DNA of 32,382 nt, taken from NCBI GenBank assembly GCA_041635755.1, contig JBFKUL010000003.1:1-32382 (forward strand). The letters are read 5' to 3'. The notes beneath the pieces were generated by a model. The model ran no database searches. It worked only from the letters and a program-made list of their open reading frames with translations, and was not told the DNA's origin. Below are positions 1 to 9,400 of the stretch, one piece after another (position 1 is the first letter of the stretch; each line of letters begins with the position of its first letter). Made by a program: the position numbers and the translations under genes. The DNA is from Burkholderiales bacterium. Lineage in GTDB: Bacteria > Pseudomonadota > Gammaproteobacteria > Burkholderiales > SG8-39.

Positions 1-313
1 CGCCCTTGGGAAACGCGTGGTCGCGCTTGGCCACACCGCGCGTGACCTGGAAGTACACGCCCTGATCTTCGAAAGTCTGCGCCGCGATCAGCTTGGTGAC
101 GATGCCGCGCCACTCGGCACGCGTATGGGGGTTCTTGATGCTCACGGCCTCGAGACTGCGCTCGAGCCGTGCCAGGTGCTCATCCAGCCGGAACGGCACG
201 CGAGAGTACACCGGCACCAGCTCGTAGACGCCGTCGCCGAAGATAAAACCGCGATCGAGCACCGGCACCATCGCCTGCTCGATCGGCATCAACTTGCCGT
301 TCAGATAGATCAT
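1..313 (-). CDS. dat: D-amino-acid aminotransferase (class IV PLP enzyme), 5' part only; runs off the left edge
   Basis: Not in the ORF track; translated by hand from ATG at 313: MIYLNGKLMPIEQAMVPVLDRGFIFGDGVYELVPVY...FRLDEHLARLERSL...VYFQVTRG..RDHAFP. DRGF.FGDGVYE and YxQVTRG are class IV aminotransferase signatures. GGAG lies upstream, and the gene follows dacC. Confidence 0.9.
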   Translation of the reverse strand, partial: MIYLNGKLMPIEQAMVPVLDRGFIFGDGVYELVPVYSRVPFRLDEHLARLERSLEAVSIKNPHTRAEWRGIVTKLIAAQTFEDQGVYFQVTRGVAKRDHAFPKG

Positions 314-353
314 TTTGCGTTCTCCAACAGCCGTCGAGCGCTGCTCTGCGGCC

Positions 354-1481
354 TCATTTGAGCCATAGCCTGAGTGTATCCCACGCGCGCCCGAACATTC
401 CCGCAACCGCTACCGGCTCGAGCGCGACCAGCGGGAACTCGCCCAATGGCTTGCCTTCCAGGGTCACGCGCAGCATGCCTACGGTCTGCCCCTGCTTCAC
501 GGGTGCGAGCAGCGGCTGCTGCGAAAGCAGCTCCGCCTTGAGCTTGTCGGCGTCGCCCCGCGGGACGGTGACCACGAGCGCGCCGCGGAATCCCGCCTTC
601 ACGACTTCGGCCTGGCCTTTCCACACCTCGATCGTCTTGACGGCTTCACCCTCGGCGTAGAGCTTCACGCTGTCGAAAAACTGGAATCCCCAGTTGAGCA
701 GCTTGAGCGACTCCTGCGCGCGCGCGGACTCCGAGCTCGAGCCAAGCAGCACCGACAGAAGCCGGCGTGGGCCATGCTTCGCGGAGGCGATCAGGCAATA
801 GCCGGCGCCCTCGGTATAGCCGGTCTTTACGCCGTCGACGTTCGAGTCGAGCCAGAGCAGCCGGTTGCGGTTGAGCTGCGTGATGTTGTTGTAACGGAAT
901 TCCTTCTGCGAGTAGTAGCGCTCGTACTGCGCAGGAAAGTCGCGGATCAGCGCCGCCGCGAGCAGCGCAAGGTCCTGCGCGGTGCTATGGTGCCGCGCGT
1001 CCGGCAGCCCCGAGGCATTGGTGAAGTGCGTGTTCTTCATGCCAAGGCGCTCGGCCTCGCGATTCATCATCTGCGCGAAGATCTCCTCCGAGCCGGCGAT
1101 CGCCTCGGCGAGCGCGATGCAGGCGTCGTTGCCCGATTGCACCACCATGCCGCGAATCAGATCCTCGATCAGCACGGCTTTCCCTGGCTGGATGAACATG
1201 CGCGAGCCCGGCGCCTTCCACGCGCGCTCGGACACCTTGACCGGCTGCGTAAGCGAGATCTTCTTGTCGCGCAGCGCCGTGAACACCAGGTATGCGGTCA
1301 TCAGCTTGGTGAGCGAGGCCGGCTCAAAGCGCTCGTCGGCCTTCTCGGTGAGCAACGGCTGTCCGCTCGAAAGGTCGACCAGCACCCAGGACTTGCCATC
1401 GACGGACGGCGCAGGTGGCGGCGCCGCATGGGCCGCATTGAAGGCGAAAGCAAAGGCAATGACAAGGAGCGTGCGCAGCAT
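354..1481 (-). CDS. dacC: D-alanyl-D-alanine carboxypeptidase (PBP5/6, peptidase S11)
   Basis: Signal peptide; SxxK (PASLTK), SxN (SGN) and KTG motifs; C-terminal PBP5 domain. Confidence 0.95.
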   Translation of the reverse strand: MLRTLLVIAFAFAFNAAHAAPPPAPSVDGKSWVLVDLSSGQPLLTEKADERFEPASLTKLMTAYLVFTALRDKKISLTQPVKVSERAWKAPGSRMFIQPGKAVLIEDLIRGMVVQSGNDACIALAEAIAGSEEIFAQMMNREAERLGMKNTHFTNASGLPDARHHSTAQDLALLAAALIRDFPAQYERYYSQKEFRYNNITQLNRNRLLWLDSNVDGVKTGYTEGAGYCLIASAKHGPRRLLSVLLGSSSESARAQESLKLLNWGFQFFDSVKLYAEGEAVKTIEVWKGQAEVVKAGFRGALVVTVPRGDADKLKAELLSQQPLLAPVKQGQTVGMLRVTLEGKPLGEFPLVALEPVAVAGMFGRAWDTLRLWLK

Positions 1482-1521
1482 CGTGAGGGTTCGCGAGAAA
1501 CGGGTGAGTGACGAGACGTGA

Positions 1522-1527
1522 ATTATA
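1522..1527 (-). promoter_or_regulatory. sigma70-type -10 box (TATAAT) for dacC
   Basis: Perfect TATAAT on the minus strand in a GC-rich spacer, 40 nt upstream of the dacC ATG. No clear -35. Confidence 0.6.
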
Positions 1528-1558
1528 AGGCAGCGCGCCGCGCCACCCCGACACCTGA

Positions 1559-2455
1559 CTAACGGACCACGACGAGCGGCTTGAAGTTCAGCTCGGTTTC
1601 GATACGCTCGGCAACCGGAAGCGCCTCATCGGGCGTACCGAACGGCCCGAGCTGCAGCTTGAACAGCTCGCCGCTCGAGAACACATGCAGCGTCGCGCGC
1701 GACAGCCACGCAAGCTCGCGTGCGACGCGCTCGCGGAAACTTTCGGCGTTGTCGCGCGCACCGAACGCCCCGAGCTGCAGGTACACGCCCCGCACGTCGC
1801 TTTCGGCGCGGATCGGATCATCGCGGCGCGGCGCGGACAGTGCCGGCGCTGGAGCGGCCGCGGCGAGCGCCACGGCACCCGGCAGAATCGCTTCGACTTC
1901 CACTCTTGCGCTGCCATCGTTGATGTAGCCGAGCCGGTGCGCCGCGGCATAGGACAGGTCGATGATGCGCCCGCCGTGAAACGGGCCCCGGTCGTTGATC
2001 CGTACGACCACGCTGCGGCCGTTGGCCAGGTTGGTGACGCGCGCGTAGGAGGGTATCGGCAGCACCGTATGCGCCGCCGACATCGCGTACATGTCGTAGG
2101 GCTCGCCGCTCGAGGTACTCTGACCGTGAAAGCGCCGTCCGTACCAGCTCGCCGTGCCGCGCTGGCGGAAGGGCCGCCGCTCGGTCATCGGCGTGTAGAC
2201 CTTGCCGAACACCTGATAGGGCCGGTTGGCGTAGCGATGCAGCGGCTCGTTTCGCGGCTGCGCGTCAGGCACCGCATCGAGATCGCTCGGTGCGCGCGCC
2301 GGTGGCCCGTCGTCCTTGTAGTAGCCGCCGCTGCGCGGCGGCTCCGTCTTCGCCTGCGAGGGCGGCGCGCGCTTGATGTCGCCGCGCCTTGGCGCGCTGC
2401 CGCAGGCAGCGAGCGCGAGGGCAAGCGCAACGAGAAGGAGCGTTCGCGCCCTCAT
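1559..2455 (-). CDS. rlpA: Septal ring lytic transglycosylase RlpA lipoprotein (DPBB + SPOR)
   Basis: Start reassigned to ATG 2455 (MRARTLLLVALALALAAC, lipobox LAAC), which overlaps the pyrC' stop. G.ASWYG..FHG, AAH..LP.PSY, RINDRGPF..RIIDLS motifs; C-terminal SPOR domain (YLQLGAF). Confidence 0.93.
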   Translation of the reverse strand: MRARTLLLVALALALAACGSAPRRGDIKRAPPSQAKTEPPRSGGYYKDDGPPARAPSDLDAVPDAQPRNEPLHRYANRPYQVFGKVYTPMTERRPFRQRGTASWYGRRFHGQSTSSGEPYDMYAMSAAHTVLPIPSYARVTNLANGRSVVVRINDRGPFHGGRIIDLSYAAAHRLGYINDGSARVEVEAILPGAVALAAAAPAPALSAPRRDDPIRAESDVRGVYLQLGAFGARDNAESFRERVARELAWLSRATLHVFSSGELFKLQLGPFGTPDEALPVAERIETELNFKPLVVVR

Positions 2456-3729
2456 GCCTGCTCGAACACTACCTTTCCGGCGACGATCGTCGTAAGCGCG
2501 CGCCCGCTGAGCTCGTAGCCGAGGAACGGAGAGTTCTTGCCCTGGCTGCGCAGTGACTCGGCCGTGACGCGAAACGGCGCCGCCGGATCGAACAGCACGA
2601 GATCCGCGGGCGCGCCGACCTGGATGCGCCCGGACTGCACGCCCAGCACGCGTGCCGCATCGCTCGTAATGCGCGCGAGCGTCGCCGCGAGCGGCAGCCT
2701 GCGGGAGGCGCCCCACTTGAGCGTCAGCGGCAGCAGCAGCTCGAGGCCGGTCGCACCGGGTTCGGCCTCGGCAAACGGGATGTGCTTCTCGTCTTCATCC
2801 ATCGGCGTGTGGTCGGAGCAGGCGCAATCGATGGTGCCGTCGGCAAGACCGGCGGCGAGCGCGTCACGGTCGCGCTGGCTGCGAAGCGGCGGGTCGAGCC
2901 GGCAGTGCGAATCGAAGTAGCCCAGGTCCATGTCGCAGAGATGCACGTGATGGATGCCGACGTCGCACGTGACCGACAGGCCCTCGGCCTTCGCCCGGCG
3001 CATCATCTCCACGCCCGCGGCGCTCGAGAGCCGGCACACGTGCGCGCGCGTGCCCGTCGCACGCACGAGCTCGAGGATCGTGCCGAGCGCGACGGTCTCG
3101 GCAAAGGCCGGGATTCCAGGCAGGCCAAGTCGGGTCGCGACATCGCCGTCGTGCGCCACGCCGCCGCGGGCGAGCCATACGTCCTGCGGACGCAACCAAA
3201 CGCGAAAGCCGAAAGTTGCCGCGTACTGCAGCGCGCGCCACAGCACCTGGGTGTCGGTGAGCGGCGCGTTCGCCTGGGAGAACGCAACGCAGCCCGCCTC
3301 GTCGAGCTCGGCCATCTCGGTGAGCGACTCGCCCGCGAGCTTTACGGTAAGCGCACCGATCGGGTAGACCCGCGCGCGCGCGAGCGCCTTGGCGCGCCGT
3401 CGCAGCATGTCGACCAGGCCCGGCTCGTCGAGCGGCGGATCGGTATCGGGCGGACAGGCGAGGCTCGTCACGCCACCCGCCACTGCCGCGTCCATCTCCG
3501 ACTCGAGGGTCGCCTTGTACTCGTAGCCCGGCTCGCGCAAACGGGCCGAAAGGTCGATCAGCCCCGGTGCGACCACCCGGTCTCGGGCGTCGAGCGTGCG
3601 ATCGGCCGTTGCGCCCCTCGCCTCGCCGTCGAGCGCCGCGATGCGGCCCTCCGCAAGCAGCACGTCGCCCGTTGCGTCGCGCCCGCTCGCCGGATCGACC
3701 ACGCGGCCGCCTCGGATCAGAAGTCTCAT
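2452..3729 (-). CDS. pyrC': Dihydroorotase-like protein, probably the catalytically inactive PyrC' structural subunit of class A ATCase
   Basis: Amidohydrolase fold (PG.IDL..LREPG, GG.TS, PPLR, SDH.P) directly after pyrB. The metal-binding HxH reads DLSARL. Confidence 0.88.
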   Translation of the reverse strand: MRLLIRGGRVVDPASGRDATGDVLLAEGRIAALDGEARGATADRTLDARDRVVAPGLIDLSARLREPGYEYKATLESEMDAAVAGGVTSLACPPDTDPPLDEPGLVDMLRRRAKALARARVYPIGALTVKLAGESLTEMAELDEAGCVAFSQANAPLTDTQVLWRALQYAATFGFRVWLRPQDVWLARGGVAHDGDVATRLGLPGIPAFAETVALGTILELVRATGTRAHVCRLSSAAGVEMMRRAKAEGLSVTCDVGIHHVHLCDMDLGYFDSHCRLDPPLRSQRDRDALAAGLADGTIDCACSDHTPMDEDEKHIPFAEAEPGATGLELLLPLTLKWGASRRLPLAATLARITSDAARVLGVQSGRIQVGAPADLVLFDPAAPFRVTAESLRSQGKNSPFLGYELSGRALTTIVAGKVVFEQA

Positions 3730-3733
3730 GCGC

Positions 3734-4684
3734 TCAGTTCCCCGCGACGATCGACATGACCGCCATGCGCACTGCGATGCCGAAGGTGACTTGCGGCAGG
3801 ATCACCGAATGGGGCCCGTCGGCCACCGTCGAGTCGATCTCAACGCCGCGATTCATTGGCCCTGGATGCATGACGATCGCATCGGGCTTGGCGAGCGCGA
3901 GCTTCTCCGAGGTCAGCCCATAGTGCTTGAAGAATTCCTGCGCGCTCGGCAGCAGCGCGCCGCGCATGCGCTCGCTCTGCAGCCGAAGCATCACGACGAC
4001 ATCGCAGCCGCGCAGCCCCTCGCGCATGTCGTGGAACACGCGCACGCCGAGCGCCTCGACGCCGGCGGGCAATAGCGTCTGCGGGCCGATCACGCGTACT
4101 TCGGGCGCACCCAGCGTGGTCAGACCGTGGATCAGCGAGCGCGCGACGCGCGAGTGCAGCACATCGCCGACCACGGCCACCACCAGGTTCGAGAAGTCCT
4201 TCTTGTAATGGCGGATCGTATAGAGGTCGAGCAGCCCCTGGGTCGGATGCGCATGGCGGCCGTCGCCGGCGTTGATCACGTGCTCGTGCGGCTTGACGTG
4301 GCGTGCGATCAGGAAAGGCGCGCCCGAGGAGCCGTGGCGCACGACAAACAGGTCGGCTTGCATCGCCGACAGGTTGGCCACCGTATCGAGCAGCGACTCG
4401 CCCTTGGTGTGCGAGCTTACCGCGACGTTGAGATTGATGACGTCGGCCGAAAGGCGCTTGGCGGCGATCTCGAACGTGGTGCGAGTGCGCGTCGAGGGCT
4501 CGAAAAACAGGTTGAACACGCTCTTGCCGCGCAGCAGCGGCACTTTCTTCACCTCGCGCCCGGTCACCCCGACGAACGAGTCCGCCGTATCGAGGACGCT
4601 GGTCAGGATCTCGCGCGGCAGCCCCTCGATCGAAAGCAGGTGCTGCAGCTCGCCGTTCTGGTTGAGTTGCGGATTACGCTCCAC
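3734..4684 (-). CDS. pyrB: Aspartate carbamoyltransferase catalytic subunit
   Basis: [22 protein letters not shown] and HPGP motifs. Start reassigned to GTG 4684 (VERNPQL), overlapping the end of pyrR. Confidence 0.95.
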   Translation of the reverse strand: MERNPQLNQNGELQHLLSIEGLPREILTSVLDTADSFVGVTGREVKKVPLLRGKSVFNLFFEPSTRTRTTFEIAAKRLSADVINLNVAVSSHTKGESLLDTVANLSAMQADLFVVRHGSSGAPFLIARHVKPHEHVINAGDGRHAHPTQGLLDLYTIRHYKKDFSNLVVAVVGDVLHSRVARSLIHGLTTLGAPEVRVIGPQTLLPAGVEALGVRVFHDMREGLRGCDVVVMLRLQSERMRGALLPSAQEFFKHYGLTSEKLALAKPDAIVMHPGPMNRGVEIDSTVADGPHSVILPQVTFGIAVRMAVMSIVAGN

Positions 4685-5174
4685 GCTCGAGCTCGAGTCC
4701 GAGTTTGTCGTCCGGCCGACGCTTGAGGCGCAGCCGCATGCCCTGCGGCACGTCGACCTGCGCGCCGCAGACCTGCGGGCAGATCGGGAGCTGCCTGCCG
4801 CCACGGTCGGCGAGCACCACCAGCGCGATGCTCTGCGGTCGGCCGTAGTCAAAGAGCTCGTTTATCGCGGCGCGCACGGTACGGCCGGTGTAGAGAACGT
4901 CGTCGACCAGCAGCAAGTCCCGTCCCGCCACGTCGAACGGAATCCTGCTGCGCTTGGGATCGCGCGCCAGCCCCTGCTGGTGATAGTCATCGCGGTAGAA
5001 AGCGACGTCGAGCGTCCCCAGAGGCTCCTTGATGTCGAGCGCCGCGTGCAGCCGCTCGGCGAGCCATACGCCCCCGGTGTAAAGGCCGATCATCGCGGTA
5101 TTCGCGCCGATGCGCGGCGCAAGCTCGGCGACGAGCTTGATGCAGAGTTTTTCGGCGTCGGGGAGATGGGTCAT
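4674..5174 (-). CDS. pyrR: PyrR, pyrimidine regulator / uracil phosphoribosyltransferase
   Basis: LD..FYRDD, PRPP loop [20 protein letters not shown]; upstream of pyrB. Confidence 0.93.
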   Translation of the reverse strand: MTHLPDAEKLCIKLVAELAPRIGANTAMIGLYTGGVWLAERLHAALDIKEPLGTLDVAFYRDDYHQQGLARDPKRSRIPFDVAGRDLLLVDDVLYTGRTVRAAINELFDYGRPQSIALVVLADRGGRQLPICPQVCGAQVDVPQGMRLRLKRRPDDKLGLELERGA

Positions 5175-5217
5175 GTTCCCCCGGATGCGAGCTGGGAGCG
5201 TTGAACCTGGGAGACCT

Positions 5218-5700
5218 TCATCGGCCCCCCTCCGCGAAGTACTGCTCGAGAATCACCTGCGCAGCAAAAGAATCGAGTGTCCGCGCGCGCGAGGCGCGCG
5301 CGGCACGCCGCGCGCCCGCGGCTTCGCGCAGGCGGCTTTCCGCGGCCACTGAACTGAAAGCCTCGTCGACCCGCGCGACCGGCAGGCGCAGGCGTCCCTC
5401 GAGCTGGCGCGCGAAGCGCTCGGCGCGGCGCGCGATCTCGCTTTGCGTGCCATCCCCGGCGTGCGCCACGCCGACCACCAGGCGCGCGGCCGACCACTGC
5501 TCCACCAGCCGCGCAATCGCCGCAAAGCGCGCCGCGGGCTGCGTCGCGACGATCGGCGCGAGCGGGTGCGCGGTGCCAAGCAGTGCGTCGCCAACCGCGA
5601 CGCCAATGCGCTTGGCGCCGAAATCGAAGGCGAGGACGGTGCTCGGTTTGGCGTCTGAAGAAAGGGGGGAAAGCCGCTCGGCGCGCTGCGAACGCGTCAT
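5218..5700 (-). CDS. ruvX: RuvX/YqgF family nuclease (pre-16S rRNA processing, Holliday-junction-resolvase-like)
   Basis: LAFDFG..RIGVA.G, VDE..SS and D..AA..IL motifs; follows yqgE/algH. Start uncertain; ATG 5700 chosen to avoid overlap. Confidence 0.9.
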   Translation of the reverse strand: MTRSQRAERLSPLSSDAKPSTVLAFDFGAKRIGVAVGDALLGTAHPLAPIVATQPAARFAAIARLVEQWSAARLVVGVAHAGDGTQSEIARRAERFARQLEGRLRLPVARVDEAFSSVAAESRLREAAGARRAARASRARTLDSFAAQVILEQYFAEGGR

Positions 5701-5704
5701 GCGC

Positions 5705-6265
5705 TCAAGCATGGCCCGCGTCGTCGGCGAGCCGCGCGAAGTCGATGCCGAGCAGCTCCATCGCCGCCGCGAGGCGCTCCTCGGCCGGCAGATCGAAGAT
5801 GATCGCGTCCTTCGCCTCCACCGTGAGCCACGCGTTCTGCGACAGCTCGTGCTCGATTTGTCCGGGCGACCAGCCGGCGTAGCCGAGGGTGACCATCATT
5901 CGGTCCGGACCGCTGCCGCGCCCGACGGCCTCCAGAATGTCCTTGGAGGTGGTGAGCCCGATCGCCTCGCGCACGCGCAGCGTCGATTGCCAGTTGCCGG
6001 CCGGCGCATGCAGCACGAAGCCGCGGTCGGTCTGCACCGGTCCGCCGAAGTAGATCGGGGTCGCCGCGATCTCCCGGGGCTCGAGCGTCAATGACAGGCG
6101 CTCGAACAGGGCTTGCAGGGTCATGTCGATCGGGCGATTGATGACGACGCCGAGCGCGCCCTGATCATTGTGCTCACAGATGTAAGTCAGCGTCCTCGCG
6201 AAGTATGGATCCACCATCTTGGGCATGGCGATCAGAAAGTGGTGCGTCAGATTGATCGAGGACAT
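5705..6265 (-). CDS. algH: YqgE/AlgH family protein (DUF179)
   Basis: FLIAMP.M.DP.F, GGPV...RGFVLH, GYAGW..GQ.E.EL..NAWL, C-terminal AGHA. Confidence 0.93.
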   Translation of the reverse strand: MSSINLTHHFLIAMPKMVDPYFARTLTYICEHNDQGALGVVINRPIDMTLQALFERLSLTLEPREIAATPIYFGGPVQTDRGFVLHAPAGNWQSTLRVREAIGLTTSKDILEAVGRGSGPDRMMVTLGYAGWSPGQIEHELSQNAWLTVEAKDAIIFDLPAEERLAAAMELLGIDFARLADDAGHA

Positions 6266-6276
6266 GCTATGGCTCT

Positions 6277-6282
6277 ATTTTA
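6277..6282 (-). promoter_or_regulatory. -10 box (TAAAAT) for algH, implying a very short leader
   Basis: TAAAAT on the minus strand 11 nt upstream of the ATG, with no SD in between. Confidence 0.45.
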
Positions 6283-6369
6283 CCCCTACCCCGGCAATGC
6301 GGAGACAACTTTTTCCCGTGCTGGTTCCTGATTGCAATGCAACGCAAAGAGGCCGGGCACGAGACTTGC

Positions 6370-6395
6370 GCGCGCTGCCTTGCGCGACAGCGCGC
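6370..6395. repeat. GC-rich inverted repeat downstream of chpA (possible terminator or 3' stabiliser)
   Basis: GCGCGCTG (6370-6377) pairs with CAGCGCGC (6388-6395). No U-tract follows on the minus strand. Confidence 0.4.
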
Positions 6396-6434
6396 AGAGG
6401 AACTCGGTGAGAAATCGCGGGGACGAAAGTGGGC

Positions 6435-9400
6435 CTAGCGACCGGACACGAAGCCGGCAATGTGCGCAAGCAGCTCGTCTTCCTGGTAGGGCTTGCCGAG
6501 AAACACGTTGACGCCGAGCTCGAGCGCGTGGCTGCGATGCTTGTCGGCGATGCGCGAGGTGATCATCACGATCGGCACCGCCCTGAGCCGCTCGTCGGCA
6601 CGCACGTTGCGCGTGAGATCGAAGCCGTCCATGCGCGGCATCTCGATATCGACCAGCATCACGTCCGGGACCATCTCGGCAAGTTGCTCGAGCGCCTCCA
6701 CGCCGTCCTTGGCCGTGATCACCTGATAGCCCTCGCGCGCCAGCAGCCGCCCGGTGATCTTGCGCACGGTCAGCGAGTCGTCGACCACCATGACGCGTGC
6801 GCGTGCTGCGCCGATCGCAACCGCTCTCGCCCGCTCTGATGCAAGGGCCGACGGGCGGGGCCTGCCGGCGAGCACCACGGGGTTGAGCACCAAGACGATT
6901 TCGCCGCTGCCCAGCACGGTGACCCCCGCCACCCCCGGGACGCGCTCGAGTTGCGGGCCAAGGTTCTTCACCACGACTTCCTGGTTGCCGATCATCTCGT
7001 CGACCTGCAGGGCGATCGATTCCATTCCTGCGCGCAACAGCAGCACCGGGGAATAGCGGCGCGTTTCCCCGGACGCCGCGCCCGTCTCGCCAAGCAGCTC
7101 GGGCAAGTAGGCGAAGCCGTACTGGCGGCCGGCCCATTCGATGTGCCCGGCCGCGCGCAACCGATCAAGCGCGTCGGCACGCAGCTGCTGCAGCTGCTCG
7201 ACCATCACGGCGGGCAACGCGCAGATCCGCGCGCCCGAACGCACCAGTACGGTTTGCGTGACCGCGGTGGTCAGCGGCAGCCGAATCGTGAACTTCGCGC
7301 CCCGTCCGCTCGCCGTCGCAATTTCGACGCGCCCGCCGAGCGCGCCGACTTCGTCCTTGACGACGTCGGTGCCCACGCCGCGGCCCGCGACCTCGGTGAT
7401 GTTCTCGGCGGTGGAGAATCCCGGCACGAAGATCAGGTCGGCAAGGCGCTGCGAGCTGACCGTCTCGCCGGCCCTGAGGAGCCCTTTCGCGAGCGCAATG
7501 CTGCGAATGCGCTCGAGGTCGAGCCCTGCGCCGTCGTCGGCGAGTGTAAGCACCACTTCGTTGCCTTCCTGGCGCACATCCAGCCGAATCTCGCCGATCT
7601 CGCTCTTGCCGGCGGCAGCGCGCGCCGCGGGGACCTCCAGCCCGTGAGTAATCGCATTGCGAATGAGATGCTCGAGTGGTGCGGTGATGCGCTCGAGCAC
7701 CGAGCGGTCGAGCTCGACGCCGCCGCCACGCAGCTCGAGCTGCGCCCGCTTGCCGAGCTCCTTCGAACTCTGGCGCACCAAACGATGCAAGCGCTGCGCG
7801 ATCGAACCCAGGGGCACCATGCGCACGCGCATCAGGTCCTGCTGCAGCTCCCGCGTCAGCCGCGCCTGCGCCGAAAGCGCGGCATCGGTGTCATCGACCA
7901 CGCGTGTAATGCTCTGGTGCACCGTCGAGACGTCGTTCACGCTTTCGGCCATCATGCGCGTGAGCTCCTGCACTCGGGTGAAGCGGTCGAACTCGAGCGG
8001 ATCGAAGCCGCCGTGCTGCTCCTCGATCTCCTTGGAGCGAGCCCGCATCTGCGATTCGGCCTGGATTTCGATCTCGCGCAACTGGCCGCGCAGGCGCCCC
8101 ACGTTCTCGGTGAGATCGGCGAGCGCGCCTTTAAGTGCGCGCACCTCGCCCTCGATGCGCGAGCGCGCAATCGCCACCTCGCCCGTCTGGTTGACCAGCT
8201 TCTCCAGGACCTGGGCGCGTACCCGCATCATGCCGCGCGCGTGCGCCGCTTCCTGGGGCAGCACGGAGGTCGGGCGCGGCTCGGGCACCGAGGGCACCGC
8301 TTGCGATTCGGCCGCGGCGGGCGCCGGCGCCTCGGCGAGCGCGCGGCCGGTTCTCTGCAGGCGCTCGAGCAACAGGCCGATGCGGTCGGTCGAGGTCTCG
8401 AGGTCGTCGAACATTCTCGGCGAGGCGCTGTTCAGCGCGACCGCGTCCTCGACCCGGGTCTCCATGAGGTGCGTGAGCTCGCCCAGGCTCATTACGCCCG
8501 CCATGCGCGCGCTGCCCTTGAGCGTGTGCAGCGCACGCCGCAAGGCGTTGGCGTGCTCCAGGCTCGCGGGCGCGCCACGCCATGCGCGCAGCAGCTCCCC
8601 GATCCGGGGCGCGAGCTCGCCGGCCTCCTCCAGGAAGACCGGCAGCAGCTGCGGATCGATATCGTCATCCAGTCGGCGCTGTCGCCGCTCGATCGGAATT
8701 TCCTCGACGAGAAGGTCGGCCGTGCTCGGCGGCGCTTCGTCCTCGGTCACCGGAAGCAGCTCGGGCTCTGCGGCCGCAGCTTCGACGGGCACTTCGGCAA
8801 TGGTTTCCGCGGCGGCGTTGGCAGGCGCGGATGCGCCCGCAGCCGCGAGCGCAATCACTGCGCCGCGTTCCGACGCCGTGTCCGGTTTTTCCTCGCGCGC
8901 CTCCCGCGGCTCGGCCGCAGTGTCGTCCAGCACCGGCGCGACCAGCGGCTCGGCCGGTCCGGTGATCAACTCGAGCGCGCTGCATAGCCGGTCTTGCGGC
9001 GCAGGCAGGTGCCGCTCGAGCACGCCGGCATACATGCTGCTCAACGCCGCAATGCAGCGCCCGAGCAGCTCGAGCTCGTCGGCCTGTACAGCCTCGGTCC
9101 GGCTTCGCAGCCGCAACAGCGCGTTCTCGAGCGCGTAACCGAGCGCGTGCATCGCGCCCAGCTGCACCGTGCCGCAGATTCCGGCGAAGGTGTGGGCGGC
9201 GCGCACGAGTTCGTCGCGCACGCGCTTGTCCAGCAGGGTCGCCGCGAGCTCGCGCTCGAGGGTGTCCAGATGCTGGCGCGCCTCATTGACGAACACGGCA
9301 AACAACGATGGCGAGATCTGAGCATCGCCAAGCACCACCGGCCGCTCTTCTGCGGGCGTCGCGGGCGCCTCGAGCACCGCGGGCGCGTGTACCGCGGCGG

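Noticed and set aside
17-361. 114-aa plus-strand ORF at the left edge
   Set aside because: It is antisense to the real, truncated aminotransferase gene on the minus strand.
5175-5217. Canonical PyrR attenuator or 6S RNA fragment
   Set aside because: Only 43 bp, with no PyrR-binding-loop consensus and no terminator; too short for 6S RNA.
8665-8700. ERRQRR in ChpA resembling a PilZ RxxxR c-di-GMP motif
   Set aside because: No second D/NxSxxG motif or PilZ barrel; it lies in a linker before an Hpt domain.
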